A stretch of 64,000 nt of DNA, taken from the IMG/VR virus record IMGVR_UViG_3300033067_001661, positions 269,624-333,623 of that record; one strand, given 5' to 3'. How positions within the stretch are numbered: the first letter of the stretch is position 1; the number at the start of each line of letters is the position of its first letter. The notes under the pieces were generated by a model that was given only the letters and a program-made list of their open reading frames with translations, made no database searches and was not told the origin of the DNA. Shown here piece by piece: positions 44,836-54,307 of this stretch. The DNA is from a virus. Lineage: Duplodnaviria; Heunggongvirae; Uroviricota; Caudoviricetes. The translations under genes and the position numbers were made by a program.

Positions 44836-46452
44836 TTAGGACTTGACAACAGCGCCAATCGGAGGAGCCTTGACGCTGTTCAAGTTGAGGCCCATCTTCT
44901 TGACATCCTCAGCGCTCTTGAAGGGCTGACCAGTGCCGTCAGCGTTAGCGACCTGGAGGAACTTCATGAGAGTCTCAGTAACGGCGAGGTCAGCAATCTG
45001 CTTGAGAACAGGAGGCAGGTTAGCGCCGCCCGTTGCAGCAATGCCGCGACCGATACCAGCGCCCAAGCAGGCGAGGCCGACTTCCATGACCGAAGGACCG
45101 TCGCCCGTCTTGGCCCCGTTGAGGAGGCGCATGTGAGGCTCCATGCCCTTCATGGCAATGATGAGGTCTTCGCTGGTGACCTGACCAGTGATATCGTTGG
45201 TGCGAGTAAGCGCCGAAATCTTGCTGCGCTCAACGCATTCGCGGATAGTCGCCGGAATCTGACCCGCCAAGAACTCAGCGGCAGGATTCAGGTCAGTGCC
45301 GACAGCGAGCAAGTCGCCGCCGTACTTCTGAATCAGACGCAGCGTTGCCTCGCGGTCGGGCGGCTCAACAGGGATAACCGTGTCGATACGACCAGGGCGG
45401 AGGAAGGCGCGGTTGATGTTCTCGGCGTGGTTGGTCGTCAAGATCGTAATGATCTCAGCGTCCTTGTAGTCAGCGCCGTCAATGGTGTTCAGCAACTCGT
45501 TCAACTGAGTGCTGCGAGGACCGTTGGTAGCAATATCAACGTCCTCAGCAAAGATGACGCAGGGCGAGTACAGCTTGGCGTACTTCAGAGCAATCGGCAG
45601 GTCTTCGACGTTCGAAACGTACATGAACGTCCAGCCGTTGTCTTCGCAAATCTTGGCCGTGGTGTAGGCGGTCAAGGTCTTGCCGCAGCCGTAAGGACCA
45701 GTGAGAAGAACGCCGCGCTTGAGAGGAATACCGAACTCGCGGAACGCGCCCGTCTTCTCAATCGCAGAGAACAGACCAGTCTGGATGAGGTCAGCAACTT
45801 CCTTGCCGAAAACAAGGTTGTCCTTACGAGCGTTGGAAACGTCCAGGAAGGTCGGAGCGTCATTGGTCGGGTGGAAATCGCGGCCTTCGCGCATCCAGGC
45901 GAACGAGACCTTGATAGCCTTGCCCTTGTAGATGCTCTTCTCGCGAAGGTTCTTCTCGGTACGAGCCGCAATGTTCTGTACCGACTTCTGGTACTTCTTG
46001 AGAATCGTACCGCCGATGATGAACTTCGGCTTGGTGTTACCCTTGCCAGGGATGACGGTCGTAAGAACGCTGTCCTTCAACTGGGGGAACGAAATGTTAC
46101 CCCAAGGAACCTGAGTCTTGGCGTTGTGACCAATCGGAACCGTCATCATGGTCGGAGGGGTCGGACCACAGAAACCAGGAGTCGGAGTACCGATAGCAAT
46201 ACCGAACTCCTCAAGACAGGCGCGATTGAAGTTCACCAAGCCGTCGAGAGGGAAACATTCGATCTCATGGTTGATAGACGTTTCGGCCTCTTCGTCAGCC
46301 TGAATGCCGCGAAGAGCGTCAATCGCCTCCTGAATCTCCATGTCGCGGGGGTCGCTCGGCAGAGTAATCAGCTTGCCAGAACGCTCAACCTGAACGTCCT
46401 GAAAGGGATTCTCCTGAAGTTCCGTCTTCTTTGCTTTGGGAGTGATAGGCAT
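44836..46452 (-). CDS. AAA+ ATPase (538 aa) encoded in a conspicuously GC-rich island.
   Basis: Walker A LLTGPYGCGKT, Walker B VIFAEDVDI, arginine-finger region FLRPGRID. GC content and codon usage visibly differ from flanking genes. Confidence 0.75.
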   Translation of the reverse strand: MPITPKAKKTELQENPFQDVQVERSGKLITLPSDPRDMEIQEAIDALRGIQADEEAETSINHEIECFPLDGLVNFNRACLEEFGIAIGTPTPGFCGPTPPTMMTVPIGHNAKTQVPWGNISFPQLKDSVLTTVIPGKGNTKPKFIIGGTILKKYQKSVQNIAARTEKNLREKSIYKGKAIKVSFAWMREGRDFHPTNDAPTFLDVSNARKDNLVFGKEVADLIQTGLFSAIEKTGAFREFGIPLKRGVLLTGPYGCGKTLTAYTTAKICEDNGWTFMYVSNVEDLPIALKYAKLYSPCVIFAEDVDIATNGPRSTQLNELLNTIDGADYKDAEIITILTTNHAENINRAFLRPGRIDTVIPVEPPDREATLRLIQKYGGDLLAVGTDLNPAAEFLAGQIPATIRECVERSKISALTRTNDITGQVTSEDLIIAMKGMEPHMRLLNGAKTGDGPSVMEVGLACLGAGIGRGIAATGGANLPPVLKQIADLAVTETLMKFLQVANADGTGQPFKSAEDVKKMGLNLNSVKAPPIGAVVKS

Positions 46453-46801
46453 ACGCTTCTTACCTCATTTTTCTCCGCACAACGGCGGACTAGGAAACTG
46501 AAAGGACCGAAACCCTTCGGCCCAACTGACAGAACAATAGCACCCCAAACAATGCGAAGAAAACTCTTGCATGTGGAAATACAGAGAATCTTTTCGCTTT
46601 TCGTGTCTTTGGAAGCATTCTCGCTTTTACTATAGGTGACGTTTGAGCCGCCAAAAGAGAACGCCCGACCTTTTCAGGTACGGGCGCTGAGTATTTTCGC
46701 CGGTTTTCTCTTTTCTCGCCTCTCCGATTACTCGCAAGGTGTAAAAAGCATCTCTGCCTTTTACAAGACCGTACAGGTCTCGGTAGCCTGGTTATAGGAA
46801 C

Positions 46802-49210
46802 TTATACAACTCTTCTGTGTCTCAAAGCTCTAAAGAAGGGATAGCCGTCATTCGTCATGAGGCCCGGCTTAATTACTAAGCCAGGATTTTCTTCTTTCAT
46901 CTTCTTCATCAAAAGAGTCCCAACACCCTGCCTTCGGTATTTTGGAACAACCTCAATCATGCTAATATGCAACTCATTGTCAAATATGTTGTAGCTCAGT
47001 TGTCCAACAAGATCTTTCGTTTGTGTATCGTAGGCTCGTATAACCATGTCCGATTGCCCATGATGATACCCGATACACTCTGAATCCTCAACCTCTATAT
47101 TACTCTTGATAGGCTCTGTGTTTCTCTGGGTCTCGTCCGGCGAAAACTCGCTTGCTAGTTTGCACAAATCGTACCAGCCGCTTGCTCTTCGTTTCGTTTT
47201 TCCCTTGAGCGCTTCCTTCTTTTTACGAGCAATCCCCTCAAGAGTCCAAAGTATCGTCGGGTAGTGAGACCTTTCTTGTTTCTTGTTGAAGTATTTACTT
47301 ATCCATCTTGGTATTCTGATTTGAGTTTGCATAAGAAGTTTTTCAACATCTTCTATAACAGCGTCGTCAAGGCAATACGGAAGGTTCTCTTGTCGATGAG
47401 AGTCGGCTGCTTCGTCTTGGATCTTCTGCCTTTCGTCTTCCCAATCGCTGACCGCTTTTTGATACTCTTCAGGATCTTCAAAATCATCTTCCTGAGGTTC
47501 GTCTGGAAACTCTAAGTAAGAATCATCATAGTAATCAAAGAATTTCTCGTCGTTTTCTTGCCTCTTTTCATATATTTGCGCAATCTGAAACTGAGCGTCA
47601 AGAACCTGAGCCATGAACCTCTTTTGATTTTTCTCGTCAAGCTGATCAAAGCTCTTAAGCTTGCTGTAATCAAACTCTTTAGCTTGACTCATATTGTAAT
47701 AAGCTTTTTCAATAGTTTTCTGCTCAACAGCTTGCGGACTCGTATATCTTTCCCATCCTTGCCATTTATCTTTGAGAGCTTGATTTGTCTCTCTTTGAAC
47801 TGCTGCCGCCGCCTCTGGTATATAGTCTTTGAGGTATATCTTTTTGTTCTCAGGCGACATCCTATCGAACTGTTCTTTCTTCATGACGCTATGCTTTGCA
47901 GACCTATGCGCCCAATTCAGCGCCATTGCTTTCATTTCTTTTTCGTTAATAAGACCTTGATTGAGTTTTTGTATATCAGAATCAACAGCGGCTCTGGCTA
48001 ATACTTTCGAGACATGATGCGTTTGATATCCGCCGTCATTGCGGTATCCTCGATCATTATTGAGTTTATTGTAAACAGCTTCGTATGCGTCTTGATATTC
48101 CCATTTTGTTAGAGATACTGGTAGGCCATAACCCTCCGCTCCCTTATATATGGCTCTTTCAAGATCGTCGTCCATGCTTCCGTAGCTAAGATCGCTATAA
48201 TCAAAGTCGTCCATACCCTCAATAGCAGCGCCTTTGAGAGTTCTCATCCATTCGCCAATCATTGCTTTTAGATTGTCGCTTGGATCGGCATTTCCTGTTT
48301 TAGGACCGTTGCCGTAAATTTGTCTAAACGTCCAACTATTAGGGCTAACCTCCATTGTTACATAAGGCATGTTAGAAGGGTCTCGAAGCGAAAAAATTCT
48401 AGTATTACCCTTCATAACGTCATCGCAATAGCTTCCGACGCAATGACCCATCTTACCGCCTTCGGTTCTTAGGTTGTTTTTTGTTACAACTTGCTTGATT
48501 GTCCAACCGGCCCAATCAGGCCTACTCCATTGAGGACCAAATACAACGTCTTCTCTTTTCTCGCCGTAATACTCAAGCCCCTCGCCTTCTCCAGAAATAA
48601 CATCATGCCAGTTTTCAGCAAACTGATCTGCTTGGTCAAGAGTTAGTCCGGCAAGGTTGGTGTTTGCATTTGTAACGCCGTATTCATTGATAACGATGGC
48701 TTTTTCTTCTGGCGTCTGAGCGGCTTGAAAAGCTTGTCTCGCAGGAAGAACGCCTCTTACATACCAGTCAAATATACTCTGAGCAATATCTGGAATCAGA
48801 GTAAAGTTGACATTTCCTCGCCCAGGAATTGAATATCCGTCGCCAGTTAGAGCCATACCGTCAGGCTTCTTTTTGATCTGATACTCATTTCTTGCTTTTC
48901 TTAGAGATACAAGTAACCACTTTTGAAACTCAAGGTTCTGAAACCTATTGGCAAGCTGAAGCTCTTGAGGAGTGTTTGGGTTTTGCTGAGGTTGCTGGTT
49001 CTGCGGTCTAATCTTGTCCATAAGCAAAGCTGACGGAGTTTGAGGAAACTTGCGCAGATAACCAATAACTTGTTGCTTTAGTTCTGGATTCGTTATCGTT
49101 GTAACAAAACTTACCGTTTCTTCAGGAACTCCAATTCGCGCAAGAAAAGCTTCAACAGAGTTGTCGCCTGCTGCGGATTCTTTTATGATTTGACCATAAT
49201 ACCAGTTCAT
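46802..49210 (-). CDS. Large protein (802 aa) with a C-terminal GNAT acetyltransferase domain.
   Basis: C-terminal IEVVPKYRRQGVGTLLMKKM (GNAT motif A R/Q-x-x-G-x-G/A). N-terminus MNWYYGQ. Confidence 0.55.
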   Translation of the reverse strand: MNWYYGQIIKESAAGDNSVEAFLARIGVPEETVSFVTTITNPELKQQVIGYLRKFPQTPSALLMDKIRPQNQQPQQNPNTPQELQLANRFQNLEFQKWLLVSLRKARNEYQIKKKPDGMALTGDGYSIPGRGNVNFTLIPDIAQSIFDWYVRGVLPARQAFQAAQTPEEKAIVINEYGVTNANTNLAGLTLDQADQFAENWHDVISGEGEGLEYYGEKREDVVFGPQWSRPDWAGWTIKQVVTKNNLRTEGGKMGHCVGSYCDDVMKGNTRIFSLRDPSNMPYVTMEVSPNSWTFRQIYGNGPKTGNADPSDNLKAMIGEWMRTLKGAAIEGMDDFDYSDLSYGSMDDDLERAIYKGAEGYGLPVSLTKWEYQDAYEAVYNKLNNDRGYRNDGGYQTHHVSKVLARAAVDSDIQKLNQGLINEKEMKAMALNWAHRSAKHSVMKKEQFDRMSPENKKIYLKDYIPEAAAAVQRETNQALKDKWQGWERYTSPQAVEQKTIEKAYYNMSQAKEFDYSKLKSFDQLDEKNQKRFMAQVLDAQFQIAQIYEKRQENDEKFFDYYDDSYLEFPDEPQEDDFEDPEEYQKAVSDWEDERQKIQDEAADSHRQENLPYCLDDAVIEDVEKLLMQTQIRIPRWISKYFNKKQERSHYPTILWTLEGIARKKKEALKGKTKRRASGWYDLCKLASEFSPDETQRNTEPIKSNIEVEDSECIGYHHGQSDMVIRAYDTQTKDLVGQLSYNIFDNELHISMIEVVPKYRRQGVGTLLMKKMKEENPGLVIKPGLMTNDGYPFFRALRHRRVV

Positions 49211-49243
49211 ATTCTAAAATTCGTACTTTTACAATCAAAACCT

Positions 49244-51406
49244 TCAAAACTCTCTTATTACAATATCGTTTCCAAAAGTCTGATGAATATTGTTCTTACA
49301 AACTTCTTTCATTCTTTTGCAATACATTTCTCTAGCGGCATTCATGGGCATGAGATTTCGATTAAAACAAGCATCGCAAGCGGTTAGGCTCGCCATTCTT
49401 TTGCAAGTATCAACCCTTCCTTTGTAAATATAATCGTCTGATAAATCGCCTTCGACCTTCCATGTACCATGATTGTTTACCAGGTCTGTTTCTTTTGTAT
49501 GCCTGAAAGAACCATTCCTGTAAAAGAACCAAAGATAGTTACAGCCATACTCGCCTTTTTCAAAACCAGAATGACCAATGTTTAAGTAATTGTCGTCTAG
49601 GTCATAAACTTGTTCATTTTGAGCTTTCTTGTACCAATTTGTATTAGAAGCATTTTTGGCGGTTATTCCAAAGTTCTTTTCATAATAGGTTGGAACCGCT
49701 TTGTCTTTATCATTTAGTATGTAGGGTTCCATTTCAGGCCATCTCGCCTTCATAATAACTACAGCATACTGACCAGCGGCCCAGCCATTTTTATGCTCCA
49801 TGATTTTCTGTTCAAGTTCAGGCCATCTTTGCTTTACTGCGTCTCTTGCGTAATAAAGAGCTTCAGATAGTCCTCCCCATTTGTCATTAAGGAGTTTTGG
49901 TTCAATTTCTGGCCATCTTCCCTTAATAACCTCTTTTGCATATTGGTACATATCCCATATTTTGTTGCTTTGAATAATAGCTCTTTCAAGTTCAACCCAT
50001 CTAAAATTACAATTCTTGGCATAATCTATGGCATATTCAAAATCATAACTCTCTTGACCAACCTTAAGTAGATAGTCTTCAAATCTCTTTTCTGCTCTTC
50101 TATTACCATTTAGATGCCAAAGATAACTAACAACTTCTTCTGCGCGACGAGGATTCTCAAACATCGCAGCTTCATACTCGGGCCAAGTTGAATAGTCGCC
50201 ATTTCCAGGTTTGCCCTCTCCAAAGTTATAACTTGAATATCTGTCTTTCCAATAATCATGAGCATATGTTGAGTTTATAACCTGAGCTTCGTGCCTCTCT
50301 TCTGTCCAACGAAGGCCTCCAGAAAGGACCGCTTCCATGTACTCTTCTATGCGAGAACCATTGATAACGCCATAGTTCTTGAGCATCTTTTTATCAGACA
50401 AGATTGGCTTGAATATGATTCTTTCCTCAACAGCTTTAAGTCTTCCAAAGTCTCTTGCATACTCAAGTATATCATTAAAGAGGTAAGAGGGAAAATCTCC
50501 GTCGTTTTCTTGAAGTTCTTTTTCAAAGTAGTTTGCAAAATCTTCAGCAGCACCGTCATAAAATACGTTCTTAGCATAGTTGCCAAAGAAGTCTTCGTCT
50601 TTAATGTGACCAAGCTGAACAAGCTTTTTGAGAACTTCAATAAAAGATTGCGGAGGCTGGTCTATGGACTTATCAAGAATGTCCATTACTTGATCTAGGT
50701 CTTTTGTTGTTTGAGCATACTTCTGCCACTTGCCGCCTTCATTATGTAAAAACAAGAACAAAGGACCGCTCTTCAAATACATTTGTGCATTTTCAAGACC
50801 GTCATTATCAGCATTAGTACACCACTTTGTTCCTTTGCCAAGCTCGCAAACAGCCTCAGGCGTTGTCATCTCAATAACACGCCATTCGTTGTCTCTGTAA
50901 ACCTCTCTGCTGCCTTGCATCTTTACGTTCTTGGCAACCTGTCTTTTGCTTTCTTCATTAACACCAGTAACCCTACTAACAGCTTCTTCAAGATCTCCAA
51001 GAGAAGGGTACTGCTGTATATTCTTTAGCTCAAACTTGTTGTTTTGCTGCGTAAAAACAGACAAAGCTCTTGTTAGTCTACCAAGGTCTTCTGGAAGTCT
51101 TATTACGCCACGATGTAGCCATGCATATACAGGAAACAAGAAGCGATTCGGTATTTTGCCTTGAACTTCATGCAAAAATCCCTTATATCTGTTGAGATGA
51201 AACTCAAGCCTTGAGGCTCCTTTTTCATTTGTAAGTTTCGATAACTCAACAGCCGTTCCTCGGTCCCAGTTATTCAATGACATTAAATAGGCTTGAGCGC
51301 CTTGGCTAAAACCTAAGGCTTGAAGATTGAGATCAGCTATGCGAAGAAACCAACTCACCTTTTCTTTTTCCTTTTCTTCTTGGTACTCTTTGCCTTGACA
51401 TACCAA
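49244..51406 (-). CDS. Large hypothetical protein (720 aa) containing four tandem ~27-aa helical repeats (YAxxVIKGRWPE-x-EP).
   Basis: FEYAIDYAKNCNFRWVELERAI / MYQYAKEVIKGRWPEIEPKLLN / ALYYARDAVKQRWPELEQKIME / GQYAVVIMKARWPEMEPYILN. Confidence 0.5.
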   Translation of the reverse strand: MVCQGKEYQEEKEKEKVSWFLRIADLNLQALGFSQGAQAYLMSLNNWDRGTAVELSKLTNEKGASRLEFHLNRYKGFLHEVQGKIPNRFLFPVYAWLHRGVIRLPEDLGRLTRALSVFTQQNNKFELKNIQQYPSLGDLEEAVSRVTGVNEESKRQVAKNVKMQGSREVYRDNEWRVIEMTTPEAVCELGKGTKWCTNADNDGLENAQMYLKSGPLFLFLHNEGGKWQKYAQTTKDLDQVMDILDKSIDQPPQSFIEVLKKLVQLGHIKDEDFFGNYAKNVFYDGAAEDFANYFEKELQENDGDFPSYLFNDILEYARDFGRLKAVEERIIFKPILSDKKMLKNYGVINGSRIEEYMEAVLSGGLRWTEERHEAQVINSTYAHDYWKDRYSSYNFGEGKPGNGDYSTWPEYEAAMFENPRRAEEVVSYLWHLNGNRRAEKRFEDYLLKVGQESYDFEYAIDYAKNCNFRWVELERAIIQSNKIWDMYQYAKEVIKGRWPEIEPKLLNDKWGGLSEALYYARDAVKQRWPELEQKIMEHKNGWAAGQYAVVIMKARWPEMEPYILNDKDKAVPTYYEKNFGITAKNASNTNWYKKAQNEQVYDLDDNYLNIGHSGFEKGEYGCNYLWFFYRNGSFRHTKETDLVNNHGTWKVEGDLSDDYIYKGRVDTCKRMASLTACDACFNRNLMPMNAAREMYCKRMKEVCKNNIHQTFGNDIVIREF

Positions 51407-53670
51407 CCAGCCTTAGAAGAAGCCTCTCTTCTTTCTTTCTTTTCTTCCTTGCTTGGAGCAAGAACATGCAAACCCTTCATCGCTCTTGTATATGCGACAT
51501 ACTTAGCATTTTCTTCTTGCAAAAGCTCTTCTGGCGTTTTGGCTTTAGGATGAGGAAAGAGATTCGGTTCAAGAATAAAGACTCTATCAAACTCCAAACC
51601 CTTAGACCTATGCGCAGAAGTAAGAGTTACATAGGATAGAGGGTCTTTCTTCTTCAAAGCCTCTGCTTCTTCCGCATTATCCATATTGACGCCAGCAAAC
51701 TTTTTCTTGATATAGTCAATAAAGCCCGTGCTGTCGTCAACTCTCATATTCAACTGAGGGTCTCTATAGCCAGAAGCCGCTAAATACTCAATAACATTAC
51801 TCAAGGCTTCGGTTGTTGCCTTCATATCCTTGAGTTCTGACTCTCTTGCAATCTTGCCCTTCCAAGCTGTTTCTCTTTCGCTAAGGAAGTTGTTGATCGT
51901 TTCGCCAAGAACTCGTATAGGAACCTTCTTCGCCATTCTGCCCTTGCCCGTTATCTTTTCGATATGGTCAACAAGCTCTTTTGAGAAGTCTCTACCAATG
52001 ATGACAAACTCAACATTGTTCTTCATAAGCTCAAGAGCAGTCTTTACAAGAGGAGAGTTCGTTCTTGCAATAAACGCTGTTTGTTCCGCAAGCCTATTTC
52101 TTTGCCTCTTCTCGTTGAAGATATCGCCCATAGCTTCTTCAACCTTGCGGCCTTCGGTTACTTGACCGTCAAAGTCCCTACCAGCCTGAAGATTCTTAAC
52201 ATGGGTCTTTTCATTGACGTACTTGATAATGGCTCTTCCGCTTCTGTAGTTAACAGGAAGTTCATGAGGAACATTACCGTTCGGAGCCTGACCAAGAACG
52301 CCTTGAACCTTCTGGAAAGCTTGAGCGTCAGCGCCTCTAAACATATAGATAGCTTGATTTGGGTCGCCTACCGCAATAACCCTCGCGCCTGCCTGAGATA
52401 ACTTCTGCAACATAATCGTTTGACAAGTATTGAAGTCTTGAACTTCGTCAGCCAAAACAACGTCAAAATGAGGCCACTTTACGTCGTTGATCGCAGAATA
52501 CCATAACGTATCGTCATGGTCTCTCATAGAGTTAAGCTCTGGTGTTGGCGCATTTCCGGGCAAGCAATAATGCAACAAGTCAAGAGCCTTGTCTATAATC
52601 TGAGGCGCATAGTTGACGCCCGCTGCGTTTGGTTGCTTATCCTTATTAGGAGATAAGTCTGTGTCAATATTGTACTGACGGATAATCTCTGTCATTTGCT
52701 GAGCAGCATTTTGCGACTGAGGATGAACCGCAAACGCCTTACTCAAAGAAGCAAGTTGCTTGATTGTTTGCTTTGCAACGTATTTTACAGATTGAGGGAA
52801 CGTGTTGTCCCTTTCCATCATGTGGTCAAGAATCTGAGTAATACGCTCGCCAAAGTTGTTCCATAAATCTGTATGCTGAATCATGTTAAGTTCAGAGCTT
52901 CGACCTAGAACTTGTCCAAGGAAGCTGTGGCTTGTCTTAACTTCAACACCGTTCGGGAACTTACCCTTGCCCGTAGAAGCTTCAACTTGGTTCTTCTTGT
53001 TGAAAACCAAGTATAGCCACTTTTCGCCAGGCGGCTTAAAGCTTGCCAAGTGACGAAGCATGGTCGTCTTACCAGACCCGGCAAGAGCGTTGATCATAAT
53101 GCTCTGAGGCGTATTAAGGAATGAGTTCTCAATATCTTTTTGTTGAGGACTGATTCTGTTGGCTGGAATTCGGCCAGGAGCTTCGGGTTGTTGCTGTTCA
53201 GCTTCTTGAGCTTTAGGATTGAGTTGATGATACTTGTTAAAAAGAACCGCAGGATTTGTGCCTGAAACCTTTTGACCGTTTTCTTCAACTGACTTAATAG
53301 TTTTCGCAACTTCAGCGTTTGGGATTGTTCCAAAGTCGCCATTTTCTGTTTGATAGTCCCATCCCGTCGCTCCCTTAGCGGCAACAACAGGCTCGCCAGT
53401 TGCAATCATTGTTGCAAGAATCCATGTTCTTTGTTTTTCAGGCTGCGGCATAGCAGCCTGCGGCGGACGAGGCTGGGGAGCTTGAGGTTGTCTGTTCTGA
53501 GGAGCGGCAGGAGCTTCATTAAGCTTCCTTACTCCTTTGCATTGCGGATATTTGCTGCATCCAAAAAACTCACCATACGGTCCCTTCCTCTTCGCCATCG
53601 GAGAACCGCATAACGGGCATGGGCCGTTCGCCTTCTTCTTCATATTGCTCGCTTTCTTTAACCAATCCAT
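51355..53670 (-). CDS. UvrD/PcrA-like superfamily-1 DNA helicase with an N-terminal topoisomerase/primase-type zinc ribbon.
   Basis: CPLCGSPMAKRKGPYGEFFGCSKYPQCKG (zf-C4_Topoisom-like). Walker A LAGSGKTTML. Walker B VLADEVQDFN. Motif VI TSAHRSKGLEFDRVFI. Confidence 0.8.
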   Translation of the reverse strand: MDWLKKASNMKKKANGPCPLCGSPMAKRKGPYGEFFGCSKYPQCKGVRKLNEAPAAPQNRQPQAPQPRPPQAAMPQPEKQRTWILATMIATGEPVVAAKGATGWDYQTENGDFGTIPNAEVAKTIKSVEENGQKVSGTNPAVLFNKYHQLNPKAQEAEQQQPEAPGRIPANRISPQQKDIENSFLNTPQSIMINALAGSGKTTMLRHLASFKPPGEKWLYLVFNKKNQVEASTGKGKFPNGVEVKTSHSFLGQVLGRSSELNMIQHTDLWNNFGERITQILDHMMERDNTFPQSVKYVAKQTIKQLASLSKAFAVHPQSQNAAQQMTEIIRQYNIDTDLSPNKDKQPNAAGVNYAPQIIDKALDLLHYCLPGNAPTPELNSMRDHDDTLWYSAINDVKWPHFDVVLADEVQDFNTCQTIMLQKLSQAGARVIAVGDPNQAIYMFRGADAQAFQKVQGVLGQAPNGNVPHELPVNYRSGRAIIKYVNEKTHVKNLQAGRDFDGQVTEGRKVEEAMGDIFNEKRQRNRLAEQTAFIARTNSPLVKTALELMKNNVEFVIIGRDFSKELVDHIEKITGKGRMAKKVPIRVLGETINNFLSERETAWKGKIARESELKDMKATTEALSNVIEYLAASGYRDPQLNMRVDDSTGFIDYIKKKFAGVNMDNAEEAEALKKKDPLSYVTLTSAHRSKGLEFDRVFILEPNLFPHPKAKTPEELLQEENAKYVAYTRAMKGLHVLAPSKEEKKERREASSKAGWYVKAKSTKKKRKKKR

Positions 53671-53745
53671 CCGCTAAACCCCTTCTCGTCGAACGCCGCC
53701 ATGCTCGCACGAAAAAATTTCCCAGAGGTATAATGCTTAATTTTT

Positions 53746-54243
53746 TCACACTTTCCCTCTAAATCGCTTGTCGTTCCTCATCCATGCCGGTATATAAGCT
53801 CCAGGATTCCTCTCCAACTCTTTTAGCTTCTCAGCCGTCATGCGCTCTTGCTCCGCTGTCCATCCCCCAACCTGCTGACCAACCTCCAAGTTATGCCTTA
53901 TGTCCGCTGGCTTTCCTATCGAAGCGTCCATGCTGTCGAACTTCTCAACGCCCTTGCAGTATTGCATTGGAATGTCGCCAACCGTCGTCACAACCGTACC
54001 AACCCGACCTTCTATTAAATTTCGCGGAAGTACAAAAGAAAGGATTACCGTTTCGTCGCCCTCAAAGAACTGCTTCCCAAACGCCTTCGCTAGCTCTTTG
54101 TTCGTCGTAAGGTTCGGTACGTCCGATTTCCTCAAAACGCCAGACTTCTTCATTAAAAGATAGTTCTCACGGCTGGTGCCATGATACAAAGTTACAAAGG
54201 TCTCGTTAGCGGCCTTATACCACATGATACTATAGTATCGAAA
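53746..54243 (-). CDS. Hypothetical protein. Likely start at the internal ATG (MWYKAANE).
   Basis: ORF 53746..54270. The internal ATG at ~54243 gives the MxWY N-terminus. Confidence 0.4.
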   Translation of the reverse strand, partial: FRYYSIMWYKAANETFVTLYHGTSRENYLLMKKSGVLRKSDVPNLTTNKELAKAFGKQFFEGDETVILSFVLPRNLIEGRVGTVVTTVGDIPMQYCKGVEKFDSMDASIGKPADIRHNLEVGQQVGGWTAEQERMTAEKLKELERNPGAYIPAWMRNDKRFRGKV

Positions 54244-54307
54244 TATAAACGGCCTTTCCTTTCTCAACAATCAAGGATTAGAGTATAGTTTTTCGATACA
54301 TAGTAGT

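Noticed and set aside
45133-46635. 500-aa plus-strand ORF (R/L/G/V-rich) overlapping the AAA+ gene.
   Set aside because: Antisense shadow of a GC-rich minus-strand gene. Low-complexity arginine/leucine composition, no motifs. The minus-strand gene has clear Walker motifs and a terminator.
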